Assembly: GCA_039928945.1 (NCBI GenBank) | Contig: JBDSSD010000123.1 | Location: 1-64,000, forward strand | Direction of reading: 5' to 3' | Length of the DNA stretch: 64,000 bases | Origin: Opitutus sp. | GTDB taxonomy: Bacteria; Verrucomicrobiota; Verrucomicrobiia; Opitutales; Opitutaceae | In this document: positions 27,942-37,714 of the stretch, piece after piece | Position numbering within the stretch: the stretch's first letter is position 1 | Layout of the letters: every line of letters begins with the position of its first letter | Notes under the pieces: model-generated | Database searches by the model: none | What the model saw: only the letters and a program-made list of their open reading frames with translations | What the model was told of the DNA's origin: nothing | Made by a program: the position numbers and the translations under genes

Positions 27942-29783
27942 TCAAACAGACTCGAGTAGCTTGTAGAGACGGGCAACCATCGGTGTTGCGTCATCAAGGA
28001 GTCCCGCACTGATCAGCGCGTTGTCCAGGATTTGCTCCGCCACCAGCTTCGCTTTTTCCGGTGCCGCTGTCCGCGTCTCGGATAGACGCTTCATCACGGC
28101 CGAACGTGGATTGATTTCGAGATTCACGCGGAGGGGCGAATCGGCGCCGTCCTTGTTCATGGCTTTCATCATGCGCCGCATGTGAGGAGACATGAACTTG
28201 TCGGCGTTGAGCGCGAGCGCGGGTGAATCGACGAGACGATCGCTCGGCTTCACGTCGGCCACGCGTTCGCCGAGGGTTTCCTTTAGCCAGGAGGTCAACG
28301 CTTTCGTGTCGTCTTCGCTCAGCGCGCCTTCCGGCTTCGGCAGATCGGTCAGCTTGACGTCAGCATGATCAGCCGCCGTCAGTTTCTTGCCGTCGAACTC
28401 GCGCACATTGTTCATCACGTATTCGTCGACCGGCTCGTAGCAGAAGAGCACTTCGAGATTACGCGCTTTGAAACCTTCCAAGTAGGGACCGCTTTCGATC
28501 GCCGCGCGGTTTGGGCCCACGAGATAATAAATTTCCTTCTGATCGGTGCCGAGACGCGAAACGTAATCGGTCAGGCTCGTGGTCTTGCCCTTCTCCGTAA
28601 GGGAAGACTCGAACCGCAGCAGCTTCACGATTTGATCCTTGTGGGTGTAGTCGATCGCAGCGCCCTCCTTCAGGAACACGCCGAATTCCTGATAAAATTC
28701 GTTGAAGGCGTCAGGGCGGTTCTTCGCCTCGTCGTCGAGGAATTTGAGAAACCGTTTGGTGATGACCTTGTTCAGCTTATCGACGAGCGCCTTGTCCTGC
28801 ATCGTCTCGCGCGAGATGTTCAGCGGCAGATCCTCGCTATCGACGACGCCCTTGAGGAAGCGCAGCCATTCCGGCAGCAGGTTCTTCGGCTTCGCGTCGA
28901 TCAGGACTTTCCGGCAATAGAGTGAGACGGACGCTTCGGTGCGGGCGAAGCCGAGTTTCTCGGTGTTCTCCTTTGGGACGAAAAGGAGAGCGTTGATCGA
29001 AAGGGGAGCATCGGCGGAGAAGTGAAGCCGGAGCCGAGGCTCGTCGAACGCATGCGCCTGGAATTTGTAGAACTCCAGGTACTCCTCTTCCTTGATTTCG
29101 TTTTTGCTGCGCAGCCAAAGGGCTTGAACGGTGTTGATGCGCTTGCCGTTGAGATTAATCGGGAAGGAGACGAACGCGCTATAACGCTCGAGGATCTCTT
29201 TGACCTTCCAGTCTTGCGCGTAGTCGGAGCAGTCGTCCTTCAGTTCGATGATCACCTTGGCGCCGCGGCGTTCGCCCTCGGATTCTTCGATCTCGTAGCT
29301 GCCCGAGCCATCGCTGCTCCAGACGTGGCCCGGCTCGTCCTTCTTCCATGAGTGCGTGTGGACCTTTACGCTCTTCGCCACCATGAACGCCGAATAGAAG
29401 CCGACGCCGAATTGACCGATGAGGTTGGCATTCTTGGCGCCGCTTTCGCCGAGCGCCTTCAAGAACGCCTTCGAGCCGGAATGGGCGATGGTGCCAAGAT
29501 TTTCAACCAACTCGGCGCGGGTCATGCCGACGCCAAAATCCTGGAGCGTGATCGTCTTCGCCTTGTCGTCGGTGGTGACGTTGATCTCGAGCTCGAGCTT
29601 ATCGTCGTAGATTTCCTTCTCCGTGAGCTGAAGATGACGAAGTTTTTCGAGCGAGTCTGAGGCGTTGGATACGAGCTCCCGGACGAAAATCTCCTTTTCG
29701 GTGTAGAGTGAGTGAATGACGATATCGAGCAGCTGCTTGATCTCGGCTTGGAACTCAAATTTCTGCGGAGCGGTGGTAGACAT
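27942..29783 (-). CDS. htpG: molecular chaperone Hsp90
   Basis: ..EIFVRELVSNASDSLEKLR.. and the GHKL ATPase N-domain are present. The length is 613 aa. Confidence 0.92.
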   Translation of the reverse strand: MSTTAPQKFEFQAEIKQLLDIVIHSLYTEKEIFVRELVSNASDSLEKLRHLQLTEKEIYDDKLELEINVTTDDKAKTITLQDFGVGMTRAELVENLGTIAHSGSKAFLKALGESGAKNANLIGQFGVGFYSAFMVAKSVKVHTHSWKKDEPGHVWSSDGSGSYEIEESEGERRGAKVIIELKDDCSDYAQDWKVKEILERYSAFVSFPINLNGKRINTVQALWLRSKNEIKEEEYLEFYKFQAHAFDEPRLRLHFSADAPLSINALLFVPKENTEKLGFARTEASVSLYCRKVLIDAKPKNLLPEWLRFLKGVVDSEDLPLNISRETMQDKALVDKLNKVITKRFLKFLDDEAKNRPDAFNEFYQEFGVFLKEGAAIDYTHKDQIVKLLRFESSLTEKGKTTSLTDYVSRLGTDQKEIYYLVGPNRAAIESGPYLEGFKARNLEVLFCYEPVDEYVMNNVREFDGKKLTAADHADVKLTDLPKPEGALSEDDTKALTSWLKETLGERVADVKPSDRLVDSPALALNADKFMSPHMRRMMKAMNKDGADSPLRVNLEINPRSAVMKRLSETRTAAPEKAKLVAEQILDNALISAGLLDDATPMVARLYKLLESV

Positions 29784-29846
29784 GGAAGGGAGAGTTGAAG
29801 GTTGAAAGATGATCGTGGGAAGGACCGAACGCGAATAGAGGCCGGT

Positions 29847-29874
29847 ATTTTAGCAGCTTGTGGAGAAAATCAAG
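29847..29874 (-). promoter_or_regulatory. Candidate htpG promoter (TTGATT-15-TAAAAT on the minus strand)
   Basis: The reverse complement reads ..cttgattttctccacaagctgctaaaatacc.. about 65 nt upstream of the htpG ATG. A sigma-32 match is not obvious. Confidence 0.25.
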
Positions 29875-29946
29875 CGCACGAATCGGGGGGCTTACGCGAC
29901 GTCTGGGGGGAACGAGGCGGCGTAAAGCCTGTCCGCGGCGCCCCTG

Positions 29947-32118
29947 ATGATCCCCAAGAAGCTGTGGAAAGGCCGATGTTATCCTTTGGGCGCGACTTGG
30001 ACGGGTGCGGGCGTGAACTTTGCGTTGTTCTCGCAGCACGCGACCGGAGTCGAGCTTTGCCTGTTCGACCGGCTCGGTGAGCCGGAGACGGCGCGCGTGC
30101 GACTCACGGAGCGAAGCGATTTCGTCTGGCACGGCTTCCTGCCCGAAGCGCGAGTTGGGCAGCTCTACGGCTACCGCGTTGAAGGTCCCTACGAACCCTC
30201 CCGGGGTTTCCGGTTCAATCCGAACAAGCTCCTGCTCGACCCCTACGCGAAGGCCATCGCAGGTGAGGTCCAGTGGTCAGACGAGATGTTTGGGTACACC
30301 ATCGGCCATTCGGACGCGGATCTGTCGATGGACGAGCGAGACAATGCCGCGTTGATGCCGAAGGCGGTCGTGATCGATCCGACCTTCGAGTGGGGCGATG
30401 ACAAACGCCCAGACCGGCCGCTGCACGAGTCCGTCATTTATGAAACACACGTCAAAGGCTTCTCGAAGTTATGGGACGAACTGCCGGAAAACGTCCGCGG
30501 TACGTACGCTGGGCTGTGTTCCCCCCAAGCCCTTGAGTATTTCACTAAACTGGGGGTGACGGCGATTGAGCTCATGCCCGTGCACCAGCACGTGAATTCG
30601 AAACACCTGCTCGATCAGGGACTGAGTGATTATTGGGGGTACAACTCGCTGGGCTTCTTCGCGCCAGAGCCGACGTATCGGACCACGGCTGAGCTGGGCT
30701 CCGAAGTCGATGAGTTCCGAGCGATGGTCCGCACGCTCCACGCCGCCGGCCTCGAGGTGATTCTCGATGTCGTCTACAATCATACGGCAGAGGGTAACCA
30801 TCTCGGGCCTACGCTCGCGTTTCGCGGGATCGACAACGCGAGCTACTACCGGCTCACCGGCGAGAATCCCCGTTACTACATGGACTACACCGGCACGGGA
30901 AACACTTTGAATGTACCGAATCCGCACGTGCTCCAGTTGGTGATGGATAGTTTGCGCTACTGGGTTACGGAAATGCACGTGGATGGATTTCGCTTCGATC
31001 TCGCCCCTTCTCTGGCGCGTGAGCTGCATGATGTGAGCCGGTTGTCGTCGTTCTTCGACGTCATTCACCAGGATCCCGTGCTTTCGCGGGTGAAGCTGAT
31101 CGCAGAACCTTGGGATGTAGGCGACGGAGGTTACCAAGTCGGTAACTTCCCCTTGCTTTGGGCGGAATGGAACGGCCGCTATCGCGACACCGTGCGACGC
31201 TATTGGAAAGGCGAGTCCGGCCACATGCGGGATTTTGCATACCGGCTCTGCGGTAGTTCGGATTTATACGAAGGTGGCGGCAAGACGCCCACCGCCAGTA
31301 TCAATTTCATCACCTCGCACGACGGCTTCAGCTTGCGCGATCTGGTTTCCTATAACGATAAGCACAACGCTGCGAACGGGGAAAACAACCAGGACGGCGA
31401 CAACAACAACAACTCATGCAACTGGGGGCATGAAGGGCTGGACGCTCCGGAGGAGATCCTCGAGCTGCGACGACGGATGCAGCGCAACTTCTTCGCGACG
31501 CTGTTGCTCTCCCAAGGCGTGCCGATGATCCGCGGAGGCGACGAAGCGGGCGCGACGCAGCGCGGCAACAACAACGCGTACTGTCAGGACAACGCGACGA
31601 GCTGGATGCCCTGGCTGCCCGACGCGCATGCGCGCAAGCTCTTCGACTTCACGAGCCGGCTGATTCGTTTTCGGCTGCAGCATCCGATCTTTCATCAGCC
31701 GTCATTTTTCAAAGGCCGTGATCTCCATGGCAACGGGATGAAGGATCTGACCTGGTTCAATCCGGATGGGTCCGAGATGGGAGAGGACGGCTGGGCGGCC
31801 GATTTCGCGAAGGTGCTGGGCCTGGTGATGAGCGGAGATTCGCTGCATCTGACGACGTCCACGGGCGAGCCGGTGCAGGACAATACGTTCCTCCTCTATT
31901 TCAACGCTCACCACGAGAATGTCATCGTAAAGTTGCCGAGTTCACGGCGAGTGCGATGGCGTCAGATCCTGGATACGACCAACGAGCATGGGTTCGTGGA
32001 GGGTGGGCTCACGCCCCGTGGTGGGGATAAGTACATTCTCACCGCGCATTCTCTCACGTTGTTCCAACAGGAGAAAGGCTCGGTCGAAGAGGCACGGCAC
32101 GCGTCCCGCAAGAAGTGA
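29947..32118 (+). CDS. glgX: glycogen debranching enzyme (isoamylase-type, GH13)
   Basis: ..YPLGATWTGAGVNFALFSQHA.., GH13 regions (DVVYNHT; GFRFDLA; EPWD) and a length of 723 aa all fit. Confidence 0.9.
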   Translation: MIPKKLWKGRCYPLGATWTGAGVNFALFSQHATGVELCLFDRLGEPETARVRLTERSDFVWHGFLPEARVGQLYGYRVEGPYEPSRGFRFNPNKLLLDPYAKAIAGEVQWSDEMFGYTIGHSDADLSMDERDNAALMPKAVVIDPTFEWGDDKRPDRPLHESVIYETHVKGFSKLWDELPENVRGTYAGLCSPQALEYFTKLGVTAIELMPVHQHVNSKHLLDQGLSDYWGYNSLGFFAPEPTYRTTAELGSEVDEFRAMVRTLHAAGLEVILDVVYNHTAEGNHLGPTLAFRGIDNASYYRLTGENPRYYMDYTGTGNTLNVPNPHVLQLVMDSLRYWVTEMHVDGFRFDLAPSLARELHDVSRLSSFFDVIHQDPVLSRVKLIAEPWDVGDGGYQVGNFPLLWAEWNGRYRDTVRRYWKGESGHMRDFAYRLCGSSDLYEGGGKTPTASINFITSHDGFSLRDLVSYNDKHNAANGENNQDGDNNNNSCNWGHEGLDAPEEILELRRRMQRNFFATLLLSQGVPMIRGGDEAGATQRGNNNAYCQDNATSWMPWLPDAHARKLFDFTSRLIRFRLQHPIFHQPSFFKGRDLHGNGMKDLTWFNPDGSEMGEDGWAADFAKVLGLVMSGDSLHLTTSTGEPVQDNTFLLYFNAHHENVIVKLPSSRRVRWRQILDTTNEHGFVEGGLTPRGGDKYILTAHSLTLFQQEKGSVEEARHASRKK

Positions 32119-32197
32119 GACCACACGTGCCGGGCGCGTGGGATTGACGGAATGGCGCGATTGAGCGCCTGACGCCCAAGGTAGGCGTCGTCCCCGC

Positions 32198-33037
32198 TCA
32201 GCCCTGCAGCAACGACTGAGCTCCATCGATGAACACCTCGGTGCCCGTGATGTGGTCGGCCGCATCCGAGCTGAGGAAGCGGATGAGCTCGGCGACCTGC
32301 TGTGATGATCTGGCCTTGCCATCGGTGAGCGGGATTTGACCTTCGGGAAACACCACGGGCTCGCGCGCGCGTTCCAGATGCTTTTGTTGCGTGTTCTCGC
32401 CGATCTTCGTATCGATGGCACCGGGACAGACGGTGTTGACCCGGATGCGGTGCTTGGCGAGTTCGAGTGCGGTCATCCGCGAAAATGCGACCTGACCGGC
32501 TTTGGAAAACGAGTAGGCGGTCGCGCCCGAGTTGCTGAAAATGCGCGTGCCGTTCACCGACGCCACGATTACCACCGAGCCGCCTTGTTTCTTTAGCAAC
32601 GGCAGCGCGTGTTTCACGATCAAAAACGTACCTTTGAGATTGGTGCCGAGCGTCTGATCCCAGTCGTCTTCCGTGATCTCGTCCAAGGGTGCCCAGACCC
32701 CGTTGATGCCGGCATTGGCGATGACAATGTCGATCTGGCCCCAGCGTTGCTCAATCGCCCGTACGGCCACCGCAATGTCGTCGCTCGAGGACACGTCGCC
32801 GGCGAGGGGGAGGGCGTCGCCGCCATTTTCTTTGATGCGCTGGCATGTCTCAGCTTCCTCGAGCTTAAGCGTAAGGCCGGCCACGCGAGCACCGGCGGCC
32901 GCCAGAACTTCGGCAGTGGCTTGACCAATGCCGGAGCCGACGCCGGTAACGAACGCCACTTTCCCGGTGAGTGAGGGATCAATGGTCACGGCTTGCTGAA
33001 TACGTGGTGGCGGGATGTGTTGCAGAACGGTGAACAT
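32198..33037 (-). CDS. SDR-family short-chain dehydrogenase/reductase
   Basis: TGVGSGIG and the catalytic YSFSK are present. The start is set at the internal ATG MFTVLQ (verified at 33035-33037). The track ORF is over-extended to 33316. Confidence 0.8.
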   Translation of the reverse strand: MFTVLQHIPPPRIQQAVTIDPSLTGKVAFVTGVGSGIGQATAEVLAAAGARVAGLTLKLEEAETCQRIKENGGDALPLAGDVSSSDDIAVAVRAIEQRWGQIDIVIANAGINGVWAPLDEITEDDWDQTLGTNLKGTFLIVKHALPLLKKQGGSVVIVASVNGTRIFSNSGATAYSFSKAGQVAFSRMTALELAKHRIRVNTVCPGAIDTKIGENTQQKHLERAREPVVFPEGQIPLTDGKARSSQQVAELIRFLSSDAADHITGTEVFIDGAQSLLQG

Positions 33038-33519
33038 TCGCCGTATGCACGTTACTTCGACATCGACTGGAATAGCCAACAAGGGGAGGAGCGGTCCCGG
33101 GTTCTGGTGCCAATCCTGGACGATCATTACGGGCGCGTTCTGGAAGCCGGCCGTCTGTCGTTGGTGTATGAGGATGCCGCCCTGAGCGTCGCGTACGGAG
33201 ACATGCGCTTTCCGGTTTCGCCGCGGACGTACCGTGTCATCCTCGAAGCGATCGCGCCGTCCGCTGCGCGCGGAAGGAGTTGCGTCGACTGGCTGAAGGT
33301 TTCGGCAGCCTGCCACGGCCGACCACTTCGGAAGACGTGGACGCGGCGCGAATCCGTGAAGCGCGATTGGGCGAGTTGATACAGCAAGGAGCGGCCCTGT
33401 TCGAGCGATATCCAGAGATCCGGCAGTTGCTGGAGGACGCGCTCAAGCAATGGAACGGGGCGGCGGATCGACGGTGCGGCTCGACACACCGCGCTCTGCG
33501 AAAACGCGAATCACGGTAA
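32993..33519 (+). pseudogene. Frameshifted remnant of maltooligosyl-trehalose synthase (treY), internal segment only
   Basis: ..WWRDVLQNGEHSPYARYFDIDW..VLVPILDDHYGRVLEAGRLSL.. matches the conserved TreY region. It continues in a second frame (..RRLAEGFGSLP..LLEDALKQWNG..). There is no N-terminal TIM-barrel or C-terminal portion, and it overlaps the SDR gene on the opposite strand. Confidence 0.55.
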
Positions 33520-33544
33520 CACCGCGAATTCGAATGATGCATTC

Positions 33545-33617
33545 GGAGCGCGCGCAAGCGCGCTGACCTACGTCCGAGCGGAATTGCCGTGTAGCCCGCT
33601 GCGGGAGCAGCGGGACG
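33545..33617. repeat. Composite of a family-B repeat (33545-33576, inverted) and a family-C hairpin (GTAGCCCGCTGCGGGAGCAGCGGGACG, 33591-33617)
   Basis: B matches 7627-7657 as a 31/31 reverse complement. C is a covariant copy of 5626-5651. Confidence 0.6.
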
Positions 33618-33676
33618 ATTGAGGCGCCGCACCGTCGCCCATCACGCCATCGAACGCCCAACCTCTCGCGTGGACG

Positions 33677-34384
33677 TTATCCGCCGAGGTACGTGGCTTT
33701 GAGTCTCGGGTCGGCGCGCAGTTGCTTGCTTTCGCCTTCCATCACGACGCGGCCGGTCTCAAGGACGTAGGCCCGCGTGGAAACTTCGAGCGCGAGGTTC
33801 GCGTTCTGTTCGACGAGCAGGATCGTGATACCGTGGGTCCGATTGATCTCCACGATCTTTTCGAAGATCGTGCTGATCAGGCGTGGAGCGATGCCCAAAG
33901 AGGGCTCGTCGAGCATCAGGAATTTCGGACTGCTCATCAAGGCGCGGCCAATCGCGAGCATCTGTTGTTCACCACCGGAAAGCGTTCCGGCCATTTGCTT
34001 CAGCCGCTCCTTGAGCCGGGGGAAAATGCTGAAAACGTAGTCGCGGTTTTTCGCGTTGCGGTTCGCGTCGTTGATCAGGAACGCGCCCATCGCGAGATTT
34101 TCATCGACGGTGAGATTGGAGAAAATCATCCGGCCTTCCGGCACGTGACACAGACCACGCGAGACAATCTGATGAGAGGGCGCTGCGCTGATGTCTTCTC
34201 CCAGGAAACTGATTCGGCCAGTTTTGGGGCGGAGCAAGCCCGAGATCGTGCGCAACGTGGTGGTTTTTCCCGCCCCGTTTCCGCCGATCAGGGTCACGAT
34301 GTCGCCCTGGCCAATTTCAAACGAGATGCCTGACAGAGCGGTGATCGCACCATACGAAACATGAAGATCGGAGACGGAAAGCAT
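33677..34384 (-). CDS. livF: branched-chain amino-acid ABC transporter ATP-binding protein (LivF-type)
   Basis: Walker A (GGNGAGKTT), the LSGGEQQMLAIGRAL signature and Walker B are present. Confidence 0.85.
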   Translation of the reverse strand: MLSVSDLHVSYGAITALSGISFEIGQGDIVTLIGGNGAGKTTTLRTISGLLRPKTGRISFLGEDISAAPSHQIVSRGLCHVPEGRMIFSNLTVDENLAMGAFLINDANRNAKNRDYVFSIFPRLKERLKQMAGTLSGGEQQMLAIGRALMSSPKFLMLDEPSLGIAPRLISTIFEKIVEINRTHGITILLVEQNANLALEVSTRAYVLETGRVVMEGESKQLRADPRLKATYLGG

Positions 34385-34490
34385 GAGCGAGCGGCGAAGT
34401 CAGGATTTCAACGTCTCACCGCGTGCGCTGTTAATGAGAGCGCAAGCACTCGGGGATGTGCGACCAAGGTAGGGCGGTGCTTCGCGAACA

Positions 34491-35282
34491 TCAGTGGTGG
34501 GAGAGCGATTTCTGGTGATCCTCGCCGAGGTAGGCTTCGATGACTTTCGGGTTTCCCTGAATCGCCGCGGGATCGCCTTCCGCAATCTTGACGCCGTAGT
34601 CGAGGACGGCGATTCGCTGGCATACGCCCATCACGACTTTCATCGAGTGTTCGACCAGCAACACGGACAGGCTGAACTCTTTTTGAATCCGTTGAATCAG
34701 CCGGACCAGATCGATCTTCTCCGAGGGATTCATTCCGGCGGCGGGTTCGTCCAATAAGAGCAGTTTCGGTTTGGTGGCGAGGCACCGAACAATTTCCAGC
34801 CGGCGCTGTTCGCCGTACGGGAGGCTCTTCGCTGGAGCGTCGCGGAATCGCCGGAGATTGAAGATTTCCAGCAACTCTTCGGCTCGCTTCGCGATTGCCG
34901 CTTCATCCCGCCTAAACGACGCGAGGCGCACCAACGGCTGCAACGGACTCGTGTCGCGGTGAAGATTGCAGGCGACGCGGACGTTGTCGAAGACCGAGAG
35001 ACTGCCGAACAACCGGATATTTTGAAATGTGCGCGCGATCCCGAGCTCCACGATGCCATTGACGCTGATTCCGCTGAGGTCACGTCCCAGCAAGGTCACG
35101 GTGCCATCCGTTGGCTGGTAGACGCCCGTGATGAGATTGAAGACGGTGGTCTTACCGGCGCCATTGGGTCCGATCAGACCAACCAGCTCGTTCTCGCCGA
35201 CGGTAAAGTCGACGGCGTTGACCGCAGTGAGGCCGCCGAAGCGGATCGTTGCCTTATCGAGCTGAAGAAGCGGAGAACTCAC
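34491..35282 (-). CDS. livG: branched-chain amino-acid ABC transporter ATP-binding protein (LivG-type)
   Basis: GPNGAGKTT and LPYGEQRRLEIVRCLA are present. It has a GTG start that overlaps the upstream gene's stop. Confidence 0.85.
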   Translation of the reverse strand: MSSPLLQLDKATIRFGGLTAVNAVDFTVGENELVGLIGPNGAGKTTVFNLITGVYQPTDGTVTLLGRDLSGISVNGIVELGIARTFQNIRLFGSLSVFDNVRVACNLHRDTSPLQPLVRLASFRRDEAAIAKRAEELLEIFNLRRFRDAPAKSLPYGEQRRLEIVRCLATKPKLLLLDEPAAGMNPSEKIDLVRLIQRIQKEFSLSVLLVEHSMKVVMGVCQRIAVLDYGVKIAEGDPAAIQGNPKVIEAYLGEDHQKSLSHH

Positions 35283-35773
35283 TGCGGATTGATTTCAAAA
35301 TCGCGCACGCCGCGGATCTGCCGCATGCGTTCGGTGTGGGCGCGGACTTGATCTTTGAGCGCGTTAACGCCTGGAACGGCGCGAATGACAACGTGCGTGG
35401 TGGTGCGATCGGCGGTCTCGATGATCAGATTCCCGCGTCCGATCAAGCGGAGCCAGAAGGGTTCCTCCACCGTGTAGTCTCGCACGCGGTACAATTCAAT
35501 TTCACTCGTGCGCCGCGAAAGCAGTCCGGTGGAAATCCGGATCCGCTCGCTGGTGATCTCGTAGCGCTGGCCGCGTGTACGCCACCACCGGGACAACCCA
35601 TAGATCAGCGGCAGAGCCAGACCGGCGAGAATCCAGATCGGACGATCGGGCGTGAATAGGTAACCGGCGATGACGCCGGCTGTGAGGAGCAGGCAGACGA
35701 TGTATGCGCCGAAGTTGGTCCATTGGGACGGGGAGCCTTGCCAAAGTACGGTTTCTTCCGCGGGAGGTGTCAT
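35279..35773 (-). CDS. bacterial PH-domain (bPH_2 / YdbS-like) membrane protein embedded in the liv operon
   Basis: ..VLWQGSPSQWTNFGAYIVCLLLTAGVIAG.. has 2 TM helices, then a PH-like domain (..YEITSERIRISTGLLSRRTSEIELYRVRDYTVEEPFWLRLIGRGNLIIE..). ATGA/GTGA overlaps couple it to livM and livG. Confidence 0.7.
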   Translation of the reverse strand: MTPPAEETVLWQGSPSQWTNFGAYIVCLLLTAGVIAGYLFTPDRPIWILAGLALPLIYGLSRWWRTRGQRYEITSERIRISTGLLSRRTSEIELYRVRDYTVEEPFWLRLIGRGNLIIETADRTTTHVVIRAVPGVNALKDQVRAHTERMRQIRGVRDFEINPQ

Positions 35774-36726
35774 GGGGAGGTGGTTTTCTTGGGAAGCGGC
35801 AGCCGGAAATTAAACAGCCCCTGTGGACGAGCGAGCATGAGGACGATCAGGAGAAACGAGTAAATGACCATGCGGTATTCCGCGACTGGACGCAGCACTT
35901 CTGGCAGCAGCGTCAGCAACACCGCTGCGAGAATGACCCCGAGCGTGTTGCCCATGCCACCGAGGATGACCATCACGACGATTTCGATACTCTTGGTGAA
36001 ATCGAAGCCGGTCGGCGTGATCGTCATCTTGAAATGACCGTAGAGACCGCCGGCGATGCCGGCAAAGAACGCGCCGATGACGAAGGCCACGATCTTGTAA
36101 CGCGTGGTGTTGAGGCCCACGGCTTCGGAGGCGATTTCGTCGTCTCGTGTGGCGAGAAAGCCGCGACCATAGGTGGAGTTTACCAGGCAGGTGACGACGA
36201 ACACCGTCAGCGCAACAAACGCGAGGACCCAGAAAATTGAGGTGTAGGCGGGGATTCCGTTCATGCCCAACGCGCCGCCGAGAACCTCGATGTTCTGAAA
36301 CGTGACGCGGATGATTTCGCCAAACCCGAGGGTGACCAGGGCGAGATAATCTCCTTTCAGCCGCAGGGACGGAACGCCGACGAGCAGTCCCGCGAACGCC
36401 GCGCTTAATCCGCCCGCCACGAGTGCGCCCAGGAAAAGACTGTTTTGCTGCCAGATCGTCCCCCCTTCTTCGCCCAACAATTTAGGTCCGAGAAAAAGCG
36501 TGACGGCGGCCGACAAGTAGGCGCCGACGGACATGAAGCCCGCATGGCCCAGGGAGAACTGGCCGGTGTACCCATTAACCAGATTCAGCGAAACGGCGAG
36601 GATGACGTTAATACCGATCCCGGTCAGGACATCGAGGTGGTACGGATCGATGCTGTCTGAAAAATGCGAGATTCCAAACGCCACAGCGAGTGCGCCGAGC
36701 AACGCGAGATGAGGTTTGGGGATCAT
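35770..36726 (-). CDS. livM: branched-chain amino-acid ABC transporter permease (LivM-type)
   Basis: It is polytopic and LivM-like (..GYTGQFSLGHAGFMSVGAY..). Confidence 0.85.
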   Translation of the reverse strand: MIPKPHLALLGALAVAFGISHFSDSIDPYHLDVLTGIGINVILAVSLNLVNGYTGQFSLGHAGFMSVGAYLSAAVTLFLGPKLLGEEGGTIWQQNSLFLGALVAGGLSAAFAGLLVGVPSLRLKGDYLALVTLGFGEIIRVTFQNIEVLGGALGMNGIPAYTSIFWVLAFVALTVFVVTCLVNSTYGRGFLATRDDEIASEAVGLNTTRYKIVAFVIGAFFAGIAGGLYGHFKMTITPTGFDFTKSIEIVVMVILGGMGNTLGVILAAVLLTLLPEVLRPVAEYRMVIYSFLLIVLMLARPQGLFNFRLPLPKKTTSP

Positions 36727-36791
36727 GGCGAGGAGACGGGCGCGAGGGCCGGGAAATCAGTCGTGGACTCGGTGAACATCGAGGAGCGCAA

Positions 36792-37682
36792 TCACACTTT
36801 TTCGACCGTGAACTTGCCCAGGAGACCCGCGGGGCGGAAGAGGAGGATGATGATGAGAATGGCGAACGCGATTGCGTCCTTGTAGGTCGACCACTGGCTG
36901 CCACCGATGAAGGTCTCCACCGTTCCGAGCAGGAGACCGCCGAGCGCAGCTCCTGGAATGTTGCCGATGCCGCCGAGGATTGCCGCGACGAATGCTTTCA
37001 ATCCAGGCATTACGCCCATCAGCGGATCAATCGACGGATAGTTGAGCGCGTAGAGAATGCCGCCGGCGCCCGCCAGGGCAGAACCGAGCGCGAAAGTGAA
37101 GGCGATCACCACGTTAATGTTCACCCCGACCAGTTGAGCCGCGTTTGGGTTGAGCGATACAGCACGCATTGCCGTACCGATCTTCGTGCGGAAAACGATG
37201 AATTGCAGTACGACCATCAACACGACCGCCACGCCAATGACGAATAGCTGATTGCTCGAAAGCGTCAGTTCGCCGACATGGAAATTAGTTGATGGGAAAA
37301 TGGCGGGAAAGGTGCGCGGCGCCGCGCCGAAAACGAGCTGGCCCGTGTATTCGAGCAACAACGATACGCCGATCGCCGTGATCAGCACGTTGAGGGTCGG
37401 CGAGCCGCGAAGAGGACGGTAGACCAATCGCTCAATCAGCATCCCGAGCAACGCGCAGCCGATCATGGCGCCGGCCAGGATGACGATTCCGCCCCACACC
37501 GTATTTTCCGGAATCACTTTACCGAGGTAATAGCCGATGAACGCACCGACCATGAAGACATCAGAGTGAGCGAAGTTGATGAACCGAAGGACTCCGTAAA
37601 CCATCGTGTAGCCCAAGGCGATCAAGGCATAGATTGCGCCGAGCGAAAGGCCGTTGAGAAGTTGTTGGAGGAATTCGGTCAC
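36792..37682 (-). CDS. livH: branched-chain amino-acid ABC transporter permease (LivH-type)
   Basis: ..LNGLSLGAIYALIALGYTMVYGVLRFINFAHSDVFMVGAF.. is LivH-like. Confidence 0.85.
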   Translation of the reverse strand: MTEFLQQLLNGLSLGAIYALIALGYTMVYGVLRFINFAHSDVFMVGAFIGYYLGKVIPENTVWGGIVILAGAMIGCALLGMLIERLVYRPLRGSPTLNVLITAIGVSLLLEYTGQLVFGAAPRTFPAIFPSTNFHVGELTLSSNQLFVIGVAVVLMVVLQFIVFRTKIGTAMRAVSLNPNAAQLVGVNINVVIAFTFALGSALAGAGGILYALNYPSIDPLMGVMPGLKAFVAAILGGIGNIPGAALGGLLLGTVETFIGGSQWSTYKDAIAFAILIIILLFRPAGLLGKFTVEKV

Positions 37683-37714
37683 GAGCGAAGGTTAAGTACG
37701 GCGGGGCGGTGCAA

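Noticed and set aside
33280-33519. Standalone 79-aa ORF MRRLAEGF.. as an independent small gene
   Set aside because: It begins with TTG and continues the TreY-like reading from the preceding ORF in a shifted frame. It is better explained as part of the treY pseudogene.
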